Made by a program: the position numbers and the translations under genes. The notes beneath the pieces are model-generated. The model worked only from the letters and a program-made list of their open reading frames with translations, ran no database searches and was not told the DNA's origin. A stretch of 63,385 nt of DNA, counting the filler, from Octopus bimaculoides (Eukaryota): assembly GCF_001194135.2 (NCBI RefSeq). It is 5 parts of 5 records of this genome, joined end to end, with 100 filler letters (N's around TTAATTAATTAA, not from the genome) between each part and the next. Parts side by side here need not be neighbours in the genome. Positions count along the whole stretch, not along the records: positions 50,350 to 60,427 come from NC_069009.1; positions 60,528 to 62,162 come from NC_068984.1; positions 62,263 to 63,385 come from NC_068996.1; 2 more parts are not named here. One strand, 5' to 3'. Positions 51,869-63,385 of this stretch are shown here, in pieces; within the stretch, counting starts at the first letter, position 1, and each line of letters begins with the position of its first letter.

Positions 51869-53016
51869 NNNNNNNNNNNNNNNNNNNNNNNNNNNNNNNN
51901 NNNNNNNNNNNNNNNNNNNNNNNNNNNNNNNNNNNNNNNNNNNNNNNNNNNNNNNNNNNNNNNNNNNNCACACACACATACATAATTATATATACATGTA
52001 AAAGCAAGTATGGGTATATCGTGTTTACATACATACATACATATATATATATTCTATTTTCTTTCTAAATACACATTTAGCATAACTACATAAATATACA
52101 CTATTATTTCGTTGTATTTGTCGATATTTGGTAGAAATAAATCGTACAACACGCAATATGTGTTGAAGGGCTATACATCCATACATACATACATATGACA
52201 TACATTTATAAATACATATTTACATACATACATATATATCTATACTCACATACACGCATGCAGAGTCACATATATACACACACACACACACATATATATA
52301 TATATTATTTTATTGTATTGGGGTTGACTTTTCTTCCTTTGTAGCCATATATCTCAGAGCTTTGTGCCGGCTGGCGAGTTTCCGCTGTCATGGAGAAATG
52401 TGTTAAAAAAAGAGGTAACAAATTTATGCTTGACATTTCTACCATTGTGATCATGTGTCTCCTGTATATTTGGACAGGCCGGTTTTTGTTTATGTTTACT
52501 AGATGTTATAAATTCAGAAGCTATAATTCTCAATGTACAACTTATTTTCCTGCCAGTATTTCAATATAATCTCTGTTTTGCTTTTTAGATATATTTTTCA
52601 CACCTGATTGTTTAGTTAATAATACAGTTGTGTTGATGTTTTCCAACAGTTATAAGATGACATTGTTGCCTTCCCCCCCCCCTCCACGTCTGTTTCTGCA
52701 TTTATGTAAGGCATGGCTTTTTAAGTTCTTTGTCTTTCAATTTTGAATTGGTCTCCAACACATATCTTTCAGAATTTAAGAGTTAGTCTACAATTATTAT
52801 TACATTCGTAAATGATATGCAAGGTAGGAATATATACTGAGTGCAGTAAATGTTGTGTTACCTCTGTTTGAGTGTACCATCTAATATAACTATGTAGCAT
52901 AATTCAACAATAATATTTTATACATAAGGATTGCATAATATTAATTCCTCTAGGATAAAGAGAATTCAATACATGTTCATTATGGGAATTCAAAGGTCAA
53001 AACCTGTTGGGATCAT

Positions 53017-53054
<38 letters not shown>

Positions 53055-53535
53055 NNNNNNNNNNNNNNNNNNNNNNNNNNNNNNNNNNNNNNNNNNNNNN
53101 NNNNNNNNNNNNNNNNNNNNNNNNNNNNNNNNNNNNNNNNNNNNNNNNNNNNNNNNNNNNNNNNNNNNNNNNNNNNNNNNNNNNNNNNNNNNNNNNNNNN
53201 NNNNNNNNNNNNNNNNNNNNNNNNNNNNNNNNNNNNNNNNNNNNNNNNNNNNNNNNNNNNNNNNNNNNNNNNNNNNNNNNNNNNNNNNNNNNNNNNNNNN
53301 NNNNNNNNNNNNNNNNNNNNNNNNNNNNNNNNNNNNNNNNNNNNNNNNNNNNNNNNNNNNNNNNNNNNNNNNNNNNNNNNNNNNNNNNNNNNNNNNNNNN
53401 NNNNNNNNNNNNNNNNNNNNNNNNNNNNNNNNNNNNNNNNNNNNNNNNNNNNNNNNNNNNNNNNNNNNNNNNNNNNNNNNNNNNNNNNNNNNNNNNNNNN
53501 NNNNNNNNNNNNNNNNNNNNNNNNNNNNNNNNNNT

Positions 53536-53600
53536 ATAGCCTCTGGCTGACCAAAGCCTTGTGAGTGGATTTGGTAGACGGAAACTGAAAGAAGCCCGTC

Positions 53601-53648
<48 letters not shown>

Positions 53649-53943
53649 TTGTGTTTGTCCCCCTGACATCGCTTGACAACCGACAAAGAATAAAAGAATC
53701 ATGATTATTATTATTATTATTATTATTATTTTTTAATGTGGCAAGGTGGCAGAATTTTGAGCATGCCAGACGAAATGCTTAGCAACAGTTCAGCTGTTGT
53801 CATGTTCTGAGTTCAAATTCCACTGAGGTTAACTATACCATTATCCATTTGGGATCAATAAAATAAGTACCAGTTGCATACTGGGGTCGATTTAATCGAG
53901 TGGCCACCAAAATTCTGGGCCTTGTGCCTAGAGTAGAAAAGAA
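53536..53943 (+). mobile_element. Two adjacent SINE fragments of different families
   Basis: 53536-53690 matches the 11965 family core. 53738-53943 matches the 27560 family (GGCAGAA...GAGTTCAAATTCC...AAATAAGTACCAGTT). Confidence 0.75.
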
Positions 53944-55306
53944 TCTGATCCAATACACACACAGAACTGTTTATGTATTTATTCTGTGTGGTGTTGCTTG
54001 ATATTCAAGGAAAAGAGATTGTGGGAGGTTCGGCATGGGTGTATGGATGGAGGTGTGAGCTTGTATCAGAAGTATTCCTTAGAGGAAATCATTTCTTAAT
54101 TACTCCCTCTCTCTCTCTCCCTCATCTCACACCTCTACCTCCTTTCCACCGCCTTCGTTTCCCTTTTTCTACTACTACCTCTACCATACCACCACCACCA
54201 CCACCACCACCACAAACAACAACAAAATCTCCACCACCACCATCATCATCATCATCATCGTCACCACCACTACCACCACCAAGACCATCACCAGCATGAA
54301 CANNNNNNNNNNNNNNNNNNNNNNNNNNNNNNNNNNNNNNNNNNNNNNNNNNNNNNNNNNNNNNNNNNNNNNNNNNNNNNNNNNNNNNNNNNNNNNNNNN
54401 NNNNNNNNNNNNNNNNNNNNNNNNNNNNNNNNNNNNNNNNNNNNNNNNNNNNNNNNNNNNNNNNNNNNNNNNNNNNNNNNNNNNNNNNNNNNNNNNNNNN
54501 NNNNNNNNNNNNNNNNNNNNNNNNNNNNNNNNNNNNNNNNNNNNNNNNNNNNNNNNNNNNNNNNNNNNNNNNNNNNNNNNNNNNNNNNNNNNNNNNNNNN
54601 NNNNNNNNNNNNNNNNNNNNNNNNNNNNNNNNNNNNNNNNNNNNNNNNNNNNNNNNNNNNNNNNNNNNNNNNNNNNNNNNNNNNNNNNNNNNNNNNNNNN
54701 NNNNNNNNNNNNNNNNNNNNNNNNNNNNNNNNNNNNNNNNNNNNNNNNNNNNNNNNNNNNNNNNNNNNNNNNNNNNNNNNNNNNNNNNNNNNNNNNNNNN
54801 NNNNNNNNNNNNNNNNNNNNNNNNNNNNNNNNNNNNNNNNNNNNNNNNNNNNNNNNNNNNNNNNNNNNNNNNNNNNNNNNNNNNNNNNNNNNNNNNNNNN
54901 NNNNNNNNNNNNNNNNNNNNNNNNNNNNNNNNNNNNNNNNNNNNNNNNNNNNNNNNNNNNNNNNNNNNNNNNNNNNNNNNNNNNNNNNNNNNNNNNNNNN
55001 NNNNNNNNNNNNNNNNNNNNNNNNNNNNNNNNNNNNNNNNNNNNNNNNNNNNNNNNNNNNNNGAAACGAAAATCCAAAAACGCTGGTTCTTCTTTCTTCA
55101 AATGAACATTTCCACTGCACATCACTGCAATTGATGCTATTGTGTTGTACACCATTCTGCACATTCCATCGCAAGTGCAGCATGCATTGCATCGGAATCG
55201 GCAACAAAAGAAAATAAGGAAATCATGTCCGAGATTGATGTCAATCACAGATTGGGATTAAAAGAAGAATTTGTGAATACCAGGGGAATGCATGCATGCG
55301 TATGTG

Positions 55307-55346
<40 letters not shown>

Positions 55347-55425
55347 CACACACATATACATATATATATATATATATACATATACATGCATACATACATG
55401 TACATACAGGTATATATATACATGT

Positions 55426-55590
55426 AGGCGTGGCTGTGTGGTAAGAAGTTTGCTTCCCAACCACATGGTTCCGAGTTCAGTCCTTTTGCATGGCACCTTG
55501 GGCAAGTATCTTCTACTGTACCCTTGAACCAGCCAGAGCCTTTGTGAGTGGATTTATTAGACAGAAACTGAAAGAAGCCTGTCTTGTATA
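55426..55590 (+). mobile_element. tRNA-derived SINE (5' part)
   Basis: AGGCGTGGCTGTGTGGTAAGAAGTTTGCTTCCCAACCACATGGTTCCGAGTTCAGTCC head. Confidence 0.8.
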
Positions 55591-55591
55591 G

Positions 55592-55631
<40 letters not shown>

Positions 55632-55824
55632 GTATATATAGCAATAACAAAATGGAGGGAATTAATATGTGGTACTCATCAACTTGCAGACATTGTATTA
55701 TGTCAATTTACCTGTTTATTTGTTTACTAAAAGGACAATAATAACAATATACAAACACATGTGACATATTATGTCATATCAGTAATTAGAAAGGACATCT
55801 AGTGACCACACATACACAAACATA

Positions 55825-56356
55825 CAGGGAGTAAATAGACACCTTTAATTTTCAAAATTTCTGATCTAAGCATCTTAATATGTTTTCAGCAATGTAGAAT
55901 TTACAATGTAATTATTCTTTTTCATTCCAGGTGCCATTATATTAAACATTTGCAAAGAGTAACCAGGCAACGCACAAAAAATTCAGCAGAACTGTCAGAT
56001 TTTCAAAGAGGTTGTATTGTTGGGCAATCTGAGGCTGGTCTTAACCAGTGAAAAATTGCTGAAAATCTTCAAATTCCTCTTGCTACTGTTAATAGAATTA
56101 TAGTGCAATTCAAAAGCCAAGGAAAAGAATCAACAGATTCTCGTCTCGGCCGACCTGGGCCTTCGGAAAGGAAGCTTCACTGTTTGAAGAGAATTGTGGA
56201 AAACAAACCCTGTTCAAAGGCTTCTGACAATGCAAAACAGCTAGAAGTTAGTCCAAGAACGTGTGTTACATATCCATATCTGCATAAGCTTGGGTATTAT
56301 GGACGAGCAGCTAGAAGAAAACCTTTCCTTCAACCAATTAATATCAAATAAAAGAT
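55825..56356 (+). mobile_element. Tc1-like element, 5' end plus paired-like HTH region
   Basis: ELSDFQRGCIVG...[17 protein letters not shown]...GRP...[13 protein letters not shown]; possible TA|CAGGG terminus at 55823. Confidence 0.8.
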
Positions 56357-57152
56357 TTAGAAAGTTAAAAGTGTCTATTTACTTCCTGCATGTCTGTGTA
56401 TATATATATATATATATATGCAGAGATTCTTCAGATATATTCATTTGCATGAAACCAATGGTAGCTTTAACACACACACATCATTATCATCATCATCATT
56501 TAAAGTCTGTTTTCCACACTGGCAATAAATGGTGGTGAACACTGATGTTCCATGAGAAAGTCTTGATGAGAATAAAAAGGAGGAACTACAGAATTGAGAC
56601 ATAGAGGGTAACTAGAAGTTTCTGCTGGACAGCTTGCTGAGTACCACAGACCAACCAGACCTAGGGTGACATGATGGTGGATTGATGTAGACAAGGCCAT
56701 TAGAGTGAAGAAACAGGCCTGGAAGAATGGTGGGAGCAGGGTATTATATCAGGTGGCTTGGAGGGAAGAATCGGATAGGAGGAAGTTTATCAATGTTCTG
56801 TGACATGAGTAGCAGAGGCTTGAAGTGTTTCAGATTGCAAGACAGTCTGTCAGAGAGATTGTGATGTGGTAGGAGAGAAATGTGTTTGTTTGGATGAGGG
56901 CTAACTTGCAGTTTATGATTCTGCAAAGAAGGAGGCTTGGAAGTGCCACCATGACAGGTTGCTAAGTGTAGAGAATGCATGGGAGAAGGAGAGCCTGCCC
57001 AATGTGGACCCAACAGAGGGGCCAGCTAACTGAATCAACAGAAGCTTAGGAGATAAAGCAATTAAGGATACGAAGGCCCATCAGGAATCACTGCTGAAAT
57101 GCTTAAAATCTCTTGCTGAATGAGATACGGCTTAGTCACCCTCAGTAGTTAA

Positions 57153-58356
57153 CACGTTGCCTGCCACAGGATATCGATATGATCTGCTTCTATTTACCAA
57201 AAAGGTTTTATTACCTTTCTTAAATCAGAAAGCTGAAATATTTTGTGTGGTGGTATTGTTGTTGTTGGCACTCCGTCACTTACAACGTTGAGGGTTCCAG
57301 TTGATCCGATCAACGGAACAGCCTGCTCGTGAAGTTAACGTGCAAGTGGCTGAGCACTCCACAGACACGTGTACCCTTAACGTAGTTCTCGGGGTATATT
57401 CAGCGTGACACAGAGTGTGACAAGGCTGACCCTTTGAATTACAGGTACAACAGAAACAGGAAGTAAGAGTGAGAGAGAAAGTTGTGGTGAAAGAGTACAG
57501 CAGGGTTCACCACCATCCCCTGCCGGAGCCTCGTGGAGCTTTAGGTGTTTTCGCTCAATAAACACTCACAACGCCCGGTCTGGGAATCGAAACTGCAAGT
57601 CCGCTGCCCCAACCACTGGGCCATTGTGCCTCCACTGTGTGGTGGTATATACGTACATAGTACATGTAATTACACTACAATAATATGATACGAGTTATCT
57701 CGTAGCAATGCAAAATGCTCAGATTGGTTTGCTATGAAAGCTTTGAGGGTATGTTGTTCATTATTTGACTATGTCTCTTCATTGTATAATGTTTTCTTTA
57801 TTTTTTTCAGATTTATAAAGAACTATTATAAATTTTCATTTGTAATATATAAGATGCCAAAAAGCCTTGCCAATGAAAAAAAATTGCTGGAATGCTTCAG
57901 GAACTATCGGAAGATGATATATTAGAGTCAGAGAGTAAATACTCAGATGCTTTGGATAAAAATTATGTAGCAAACACCAGTGGAAGTAATACCAGTGAGA
58001 CCAGTTCTACTGACGAAGATGAACAATTAGTTGCTCGAGGTCATAAGAGACAATGCAGTTCTCCTTCACCAAATTCTCCAGCACCAACTGCATCGTCATC
58101 TAATATGTATACCTGATATATATAGATGTTTTACCAAATAGATTTCCTGGCAGGTGCCATGATACAAGTTAACTCATATCATTAGGCAAATAAAAGGCGT
58201 CTTTAGTGCTTCCACAACACACTCACAATGTTAGTTCCAGATGCCAGTTCATTTTAAGCGTGTCACAATAAAATAGACCTCTACAAGTATGCTCGTATCT
58301 GGCAAAATTGTATAGATTGCCAACAATGAGATAGCTTGTAGTTGGCAATCAACGTG
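57153..58356 (+). mobile_element. Non-autonomous piggyBac element with acidic transposase N-terminal remnant
   Basis: TTAA TSDs at 57149-57152 and 58357-58360; TIRs CACGTTGCCTGCC / GGCAATCAACGTG (11/13 match). 57853-58116 encodes MPKSLANEK..MLQELSEDDILESES... Confidence 0.8.
57257..57635 (-). mobile_element. tRNA-derived SINE with (CAA)n tail and 13-bp TSD, inside the piggyBac element
   Basis: TSD TGTGTGGTGGTAT at 57244-57256 and 57636-57648; head GTGGAGGCACAATGGCCCAGTGGTTGGGGCAGCGGACT...GTTTCGATTCCCAG. Confidence 0.9.
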
Positions 58357-59057
58357 TTAATCAGATTGTTCACGAGGGATTCATGCCTAATGATTAGTGT
58401 AGCAGCATAATTGTCAACTGTCTTCGTTCTTATGCATTACATGGCCATGTAATGCATATGAATGAAGACAGTTGCATTAAGAAGTGCCAGTCTTTAATTG
58501 TAGAGGGAATATGTTGAAGGGGTAGACCCAAGAAGGCTCGGGATGAAGTGGTGAGAACGAGTCTACAGATGTTGGGATTCACAGAAGTGATGACAGGGAA
58601 CCAAGACTCTTGATGGTTTGCTGCGCTGGAAAAGACACGTGAAGCTAAGTTAAAGCATGCTTGTCCTTGTATACAGGTTCATTCCTCTGCATTCCTCTTC
58701 AGCTGAGCTTTTCTGACCTTGCAGGCTCATGGGTGCTGGTGCCACATAAAAAGCACCTGCCCCAGTGTGGCGTAAAAGCATCCAGTACATTCGGTAAAAT
58801 GGTTGGTGTCAGGAAGGACGTCCAGTTGCCATAGAAACCATACCAAAGCAGATCTTGTCAGTGTTGCTGCCATATAACAAACATCCAGTTTACTCTGTAA
58901 AGTGGTTGGCATTAAGAAGGGCATCCTGCCTTAGAAACTTTGCCAAAACAGACATGAAGCCTGGGTGGCTCTTCAGCTGGACAGCTCCTGTAAAACTGTC
59001 CATCCCATGCCAGCATTGAAAATGGACGTTAAGTGATGATGATGATATATTCATAAA

Positions 59058-59143
<86 letters not shown>

Positions 59144-60047
59144 NNNNNNNNNNNNNNNNNNNNNNNNNNNNNNNNNNNNNNNNNNNNNNNNNNNNNNNNN
59201 NNNNNNNNNNNNNNNNNNNNNNNNNNNNNNNNNNNNNNNNNNNNNNNNNNNNNNNNNNNNNNNNNNNNNNNNNNNNNNNNNNNNNNNNNNNNNNNNNNNN
59301 NNNNNNNNNNNNNNNNNNNNNNNNNNNNNNNNNNNNNNNNNNNNNNNNNNNNNNNNNNNNNNNNNNNNNNNNNNNNNNNNNNNNNNNNNNNNNNNNNNNN
59401 NNNNNNNNNNNNNNNNNNNNNNNNNNNNNNNNNNNNNNNNNNNNNNNNNNNNNNNNNNNNNNNNNNNNNNNNNNNNNNNNNNNNNNNNNNNNNNNNNNNN
59501 NNNNNNNNNNNNNNNNNNNNNNNNNNNNNNNNNNNNNNNNNNNNNNNNNNNNNNNNNNNNNNNNNNNNNNNNNNNNNNNNNNNNNNNNNNNNNNNNNNNN
59601 NNNNNNNNNNNNNNNNNNNNNNNNNNNNNNNNNNNNNNNNNNNNNNGAGAGAGAGAGAGGGGGAGAGAGCTGAGCTAAGATCCGACTTCTAAGAATCCTC
59701 TTCACTACAACAACTGCTACCAAAACAAAAACCCCATCATCTTGCAATAACAAAAAAAAAAAATAATAAATAAATAAATAAAAAAAAACAACATAAAAAC
59801 CATTGAAAAAAACCCCATATATATCCTAAAACATTCCTATAAAATTTATCACTGCTCACTTGTCAGAATAGAAAACAAAATACATGCAAAATCACATCGT
59901 TTTATTGGAATTTAATCCATCTATATTTTCCCTACAATGTTATTTTATGCATTTTTTGATGCATATTATGGTTGTTGTTAGTGTGGTTGCTGTTGTTTTT
60001 ATCTTTGTTGTTTTTGTTGTCGTTTCTGTCCAAGTTACTATCTCAAA

Positions 60048-60086
<39 letters not shown>

Positions 60087-60376
60087 CTTAATACTTATTT
60101 ATGTTATCTACATTAGTGTTGTTGTGGTTTTTATCTAGTTTAATATTGAAATCTGATCCAATACATTCATATTCAAAGAAATCACATCTATATGTGTGTG
60201 TGTGTATATACACACACATATATCCATATTTATGTATATACATACATACATGCAGACATATACACACACAGACACTCACAAAAGGAAGAGATACACATAC
60301 TTATGCTTATATGTGTATATACACATGCATTCATATATATATATATACATATACATGCACCTCTCTCTCTCTATAT

Positions 60377-60427
<51 letters not shown>

Positions 60428-60529
60428 NNNNNNNNNNNNNNNNNNNNNNNNNNNNNNNNNNNNNNNNNNNNTTAATTAATTAANNNNNNNNNNNNNNNNN
60501 NNNNNNNNNNNNNNNNNNNNNNNNNNNAT

Positions 60530-60830
60530 TGGGTGATAAAATTTGTTCTGAATGTTCAAGTGAGAAGTTATAATTTTTAGTCGTTTTTCTAGGGGTAATC
60601 CATTTCTGGGTAGGTGATAGAAAGTGACTTCTGTGGTTTTTGTAGACATTTGAAAAACCTTTACTTTCGGGAAAGGAACAAATTTATTGCTTTCGAGGCA
60701 AAATCTTAAGGGTGCTCACATTTTTGACTGATCAAATAGAAACTTCTCTGGAGCGTTTCCAATGACCAGTTCAAATGCATACGTCAGGGCAAAAAGGCCA
60801 CAAGAGTGGGTTCAACACTGGGGTCTAGCG
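60530..60830 (-). pseudogene. Decayed Ulp1/C48-like cysteine-protease domain of probable transposon origin
   Basis: PQC*THSCGLFALTYAFELVIGNAPEKFLFDQSKM*APLRFCLESNKFVPFP resembles the Q...CGLFA..A..L..G..P...FDQ..MR.HL..CL...FP motif. Confidence 0.55.
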
Positions 60831-61143
60831 AAACTAACAGGGCTGACAAGCCAACTGTGAGAAGAAATAAAACGCAAAAGCTGTAATTTACATTACAATT
60901 TTCCTTAGACACCCGGCTGCTTTGGTGACTTCCAGAATTTTTATATGCTCCAATTCTTATTCTGTGTACCATAAAATCATTCATCCCAATCTACTTGATT
61001 TTTATATTTTAAAAAAGATTGACGTAACTCTTCACAAAGGTAAACAGTCAAGACGAAGATTGTGATTCGTTTGTAAGATATTTTATTAGTCGAACGATAT
61101 TTCAACAGTACGTCTGTCTTTGCCAAGTTCAAAATAAGAAGTG

Positions 61144-61414
61144 ATCATCATCATCATAGTTTAACGTCCGCTTTCCATGCTGGCATGGGTTGGACGATTT
61201 GACTGAGGAGTGGTGAACCAGATGGCTACACCAGGCTCCAATCTGATTTGGCAGAGTTTCTACAGCTGGATGCCCTTCTTAACACCAATCACTCTAAGAG
61301 TGTAGTGGGTGCTTTTACGTGTCACTGGCATCAAAGCCAGTCAGGCGGCACTGGCAATGGCCATACTCAAAATGGTGTATTTTACATGCCACCTGCACAG
61401 GAGCCAGTCCAGCA
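61144..61414 (-). mobile_element. RTE LINE 3' tail fragment
   Basis: ATCATCATCATCATAGTTTAACGTCCGCTTTCCATGCTGGCATGGG, same family as 16234, 23559 and 51417. Confidence 0.8.
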
Positions 61415-61424
61415 NNNNNNNNNN

Positions 61425-62162
61425 TTTTTGTGTATTTTAGGGAGACCATAAAATACAGGTGTTCTTTCTGACCTGAAAATCTTAGATTCAGCCTTATTAA
61501 CGAAATTGTTTTTCTCCATTTGCAGAATTATTTTGTCAAGTTCCTCTCTGTAATTGGGGTTTGAATCGACAGGTAATTTTTCATATGAAGTTTTGTCATT
61601 TAAAACTTCTTCACAAGCCAAAATATACTCACTTTTGTCCATAATTACGATAGCGCCTGCCTTATCCGCCATCTGAATAACAATACAATTGTTTTTAGCT
61701 AGAGTGCGTAACGTTGGAAATTTGTGAGATTATTCCAGGACTTCTTTCCACTTGTTTTAAGGCTTTCTCTAATGCCTGCCTGACAAGATTCAAGAAATTC
61801 TAGTAGTGCTTGTGAATGTCCATGCCGAACTTTATCTGGATACCAATTGGGATTCTTTTCAATCCAATTATGCCAAATTCGATCATCATCATTTTTAGTA
61901 AACATAGGGTTTTCTGACTCCTCGTTACCAGCTTTTTCAAAAAAATATTCCGTCAGCTTGTGGCGGCGGACAAACTGAAATAGCCTTTGAGCTAGTTTAT
62001 TCTTGTCAAAATTCTTAGTGCTTGGGCAAAAACTCAGTCCAAGCTCTAAGACTGAGACATCGTCGGGCGAAAGTCTTACTTTAGATAAATTTATAACCAA
62101 CTTATTCTCTAGTGTGATGGTTTTTCTTGGGCAAGTGGTTTTCAGAGTCTTTTTCTCATTAG
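61425..62162 (-). mobile_element. Penelope-like element, N-terminal RT-associated region (frameshifted)
   Basis: VINLS..LS.D.VSVLELGLSFCP and ADKAGAIVIMDKSEY...Y.KL..D...RTPVFYGLPKIHK; frameshift near 61700; bounded by gaps. Confidence 0.88.
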
Positions 62163-62262
62163 NNNNNNNNNNNNNNNNNNNNNNNNNNNNNNNNNNNNNN
62201 NNNNNNTTAATTAATTAANNNNNNNNNNNNNNNNNNNNNNNNNNNNNNNNNNNNNNNNNNNN

Positions 62263-62301
<39 letters not shown>

Positions 62302-63059
62302 CATATTGTAACTACGTTTATATACACATATATTGCTAGTATTTATATGTATGTATTTGCATTCGCGCGCACATACATTGCACATACACGCATGCATACA
62401 CATGCGCGCACACATACACATCGTATTATATATTTTACGAAGAAGGCAATGACAGTGATTTCGAAGTTTCAGCTTTTTAATTGCCTTCGTCGATCTATTC
62501 AGCAAGCCGGAACTTCGAAGTCATTGTGGCTCTTCTTGTAAAAGTATAATAAACAGTGTTGTGTCTTGGGAAGATCATTACGCCAATGATAATGATACAG
62601 GCACTGGTTGCATTTCACATCTTGATTGTTACTCGATTGGTTAAATATCTAATTAACAAAGTAATTGATCGTTTTTTTAATGTACTGGCTAAACAACTAG
62701 TCGGTTGCTTGTTTGTCAACTTCCTGTCATCGCTGTTCATAACTTTTCCAATAACTTGCTCTCCCTCTCTAAGGTTCACGTTGAGTCTACTGTGCGACTC
62801 AAAGTTACTGCTATATCATGTGATTTCAACGTGCCCTGTCTTTACAGTGGCAGACGTCAGTTAGCTGTATACCTGTCAAATCTCACAACCAGCGATATAT
62901 GGAATTTCAGTAACTATTTGGGCATTGATGCCGCAATAGCCACCAGATTTATTGAGGTAATTAGCACAGTAGTCAAAACTCTAGCCATACATCCACGTTA
63001 AATTGGATAAAAAAATTGTCATTTGTTATTAATTTTCCTTCGGACGCCAATAATTATAC

Positions 63060-63090
<31 letters not shown>

Positions 63091-63385
63091 TGTATGTATG
63101 TATGTATGTATGTATGTACGTATGTATGTATGTATGTATTATGTGTGTATGTACGTATGTATGTATTAATGTGTGTATCTATGTTTGAACGTACAGCAGA
63201 CAATGTGAGTAAATTCGGTCAAGTTATGTATGTATGTATGTATGTATGTATGTATTTATGTATGTATGTATGTATGTATGTACGTATGTATGTATGTATG
63301 TATGTATGTATATATTTATGTATGTATTTATGTATGTATGTATTTATGTATGTAGTTATGTATGTATATAAGTATGTATGTATGT

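Larger units (their letters stand above)
56660..59047 (+). mobile_element. Internally deleted RTE LINE interrupted by a piggyBac element
   Basis: KKEAWKCHHDRLLSVENAWE...GITAEMLK before the insertion, NQIVHEGFMPND*CSSIIVN after it, then a GRPKK C-terminus and a (GAT)n tail. Confidence 0.85.

Overview
AT-rich, microsatellite-dense eukaryotic DNA with many N gaps. A cephalopod (Octopus-like) origin is inferred from the zinc-finger style, SINEs and simple repeats. Bases 1-28.3 kb hold a tandem C2H2 zinc-finger cluster with three intact single-coding-exon genes on the minus strand: ZNF-A 3411-4427 (10+1 fingers), ZNF-B 14043-15122 (12 fingers) and ZNF-C 24224-25561 (14+1 fingers). An inverted 5-finger pseudogene copy of ZNF-A lies at 8166-8676. 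A putative promoter/non-coding leader-exon module occurs three times; it has a conserved GTAAGT donor, and an NRF1-like motif is intact in two copies. The cluster is interleaved with tRNA-derived SINEs, RTE LINE fragments, two Merlin transposon remnants, a Gypsy PBS+gag remnant and MITEs. A well-formed minimal type I hammerhead ribozyme lies just upstream of the ZNF-C promoter. Beyond an artificial 100-bp scaffold spacer (28321-28420) I found no recognisable host gene. That part contains simple repeats, Tc1/mariner remnants, a three-layer RTE>piggyBac>SINE nest, a decayed Ulp1-like protease relic and a Penelope-like RT fragment. All calls were made by eye; element ends are approximate unless a TSD or TIR is given.
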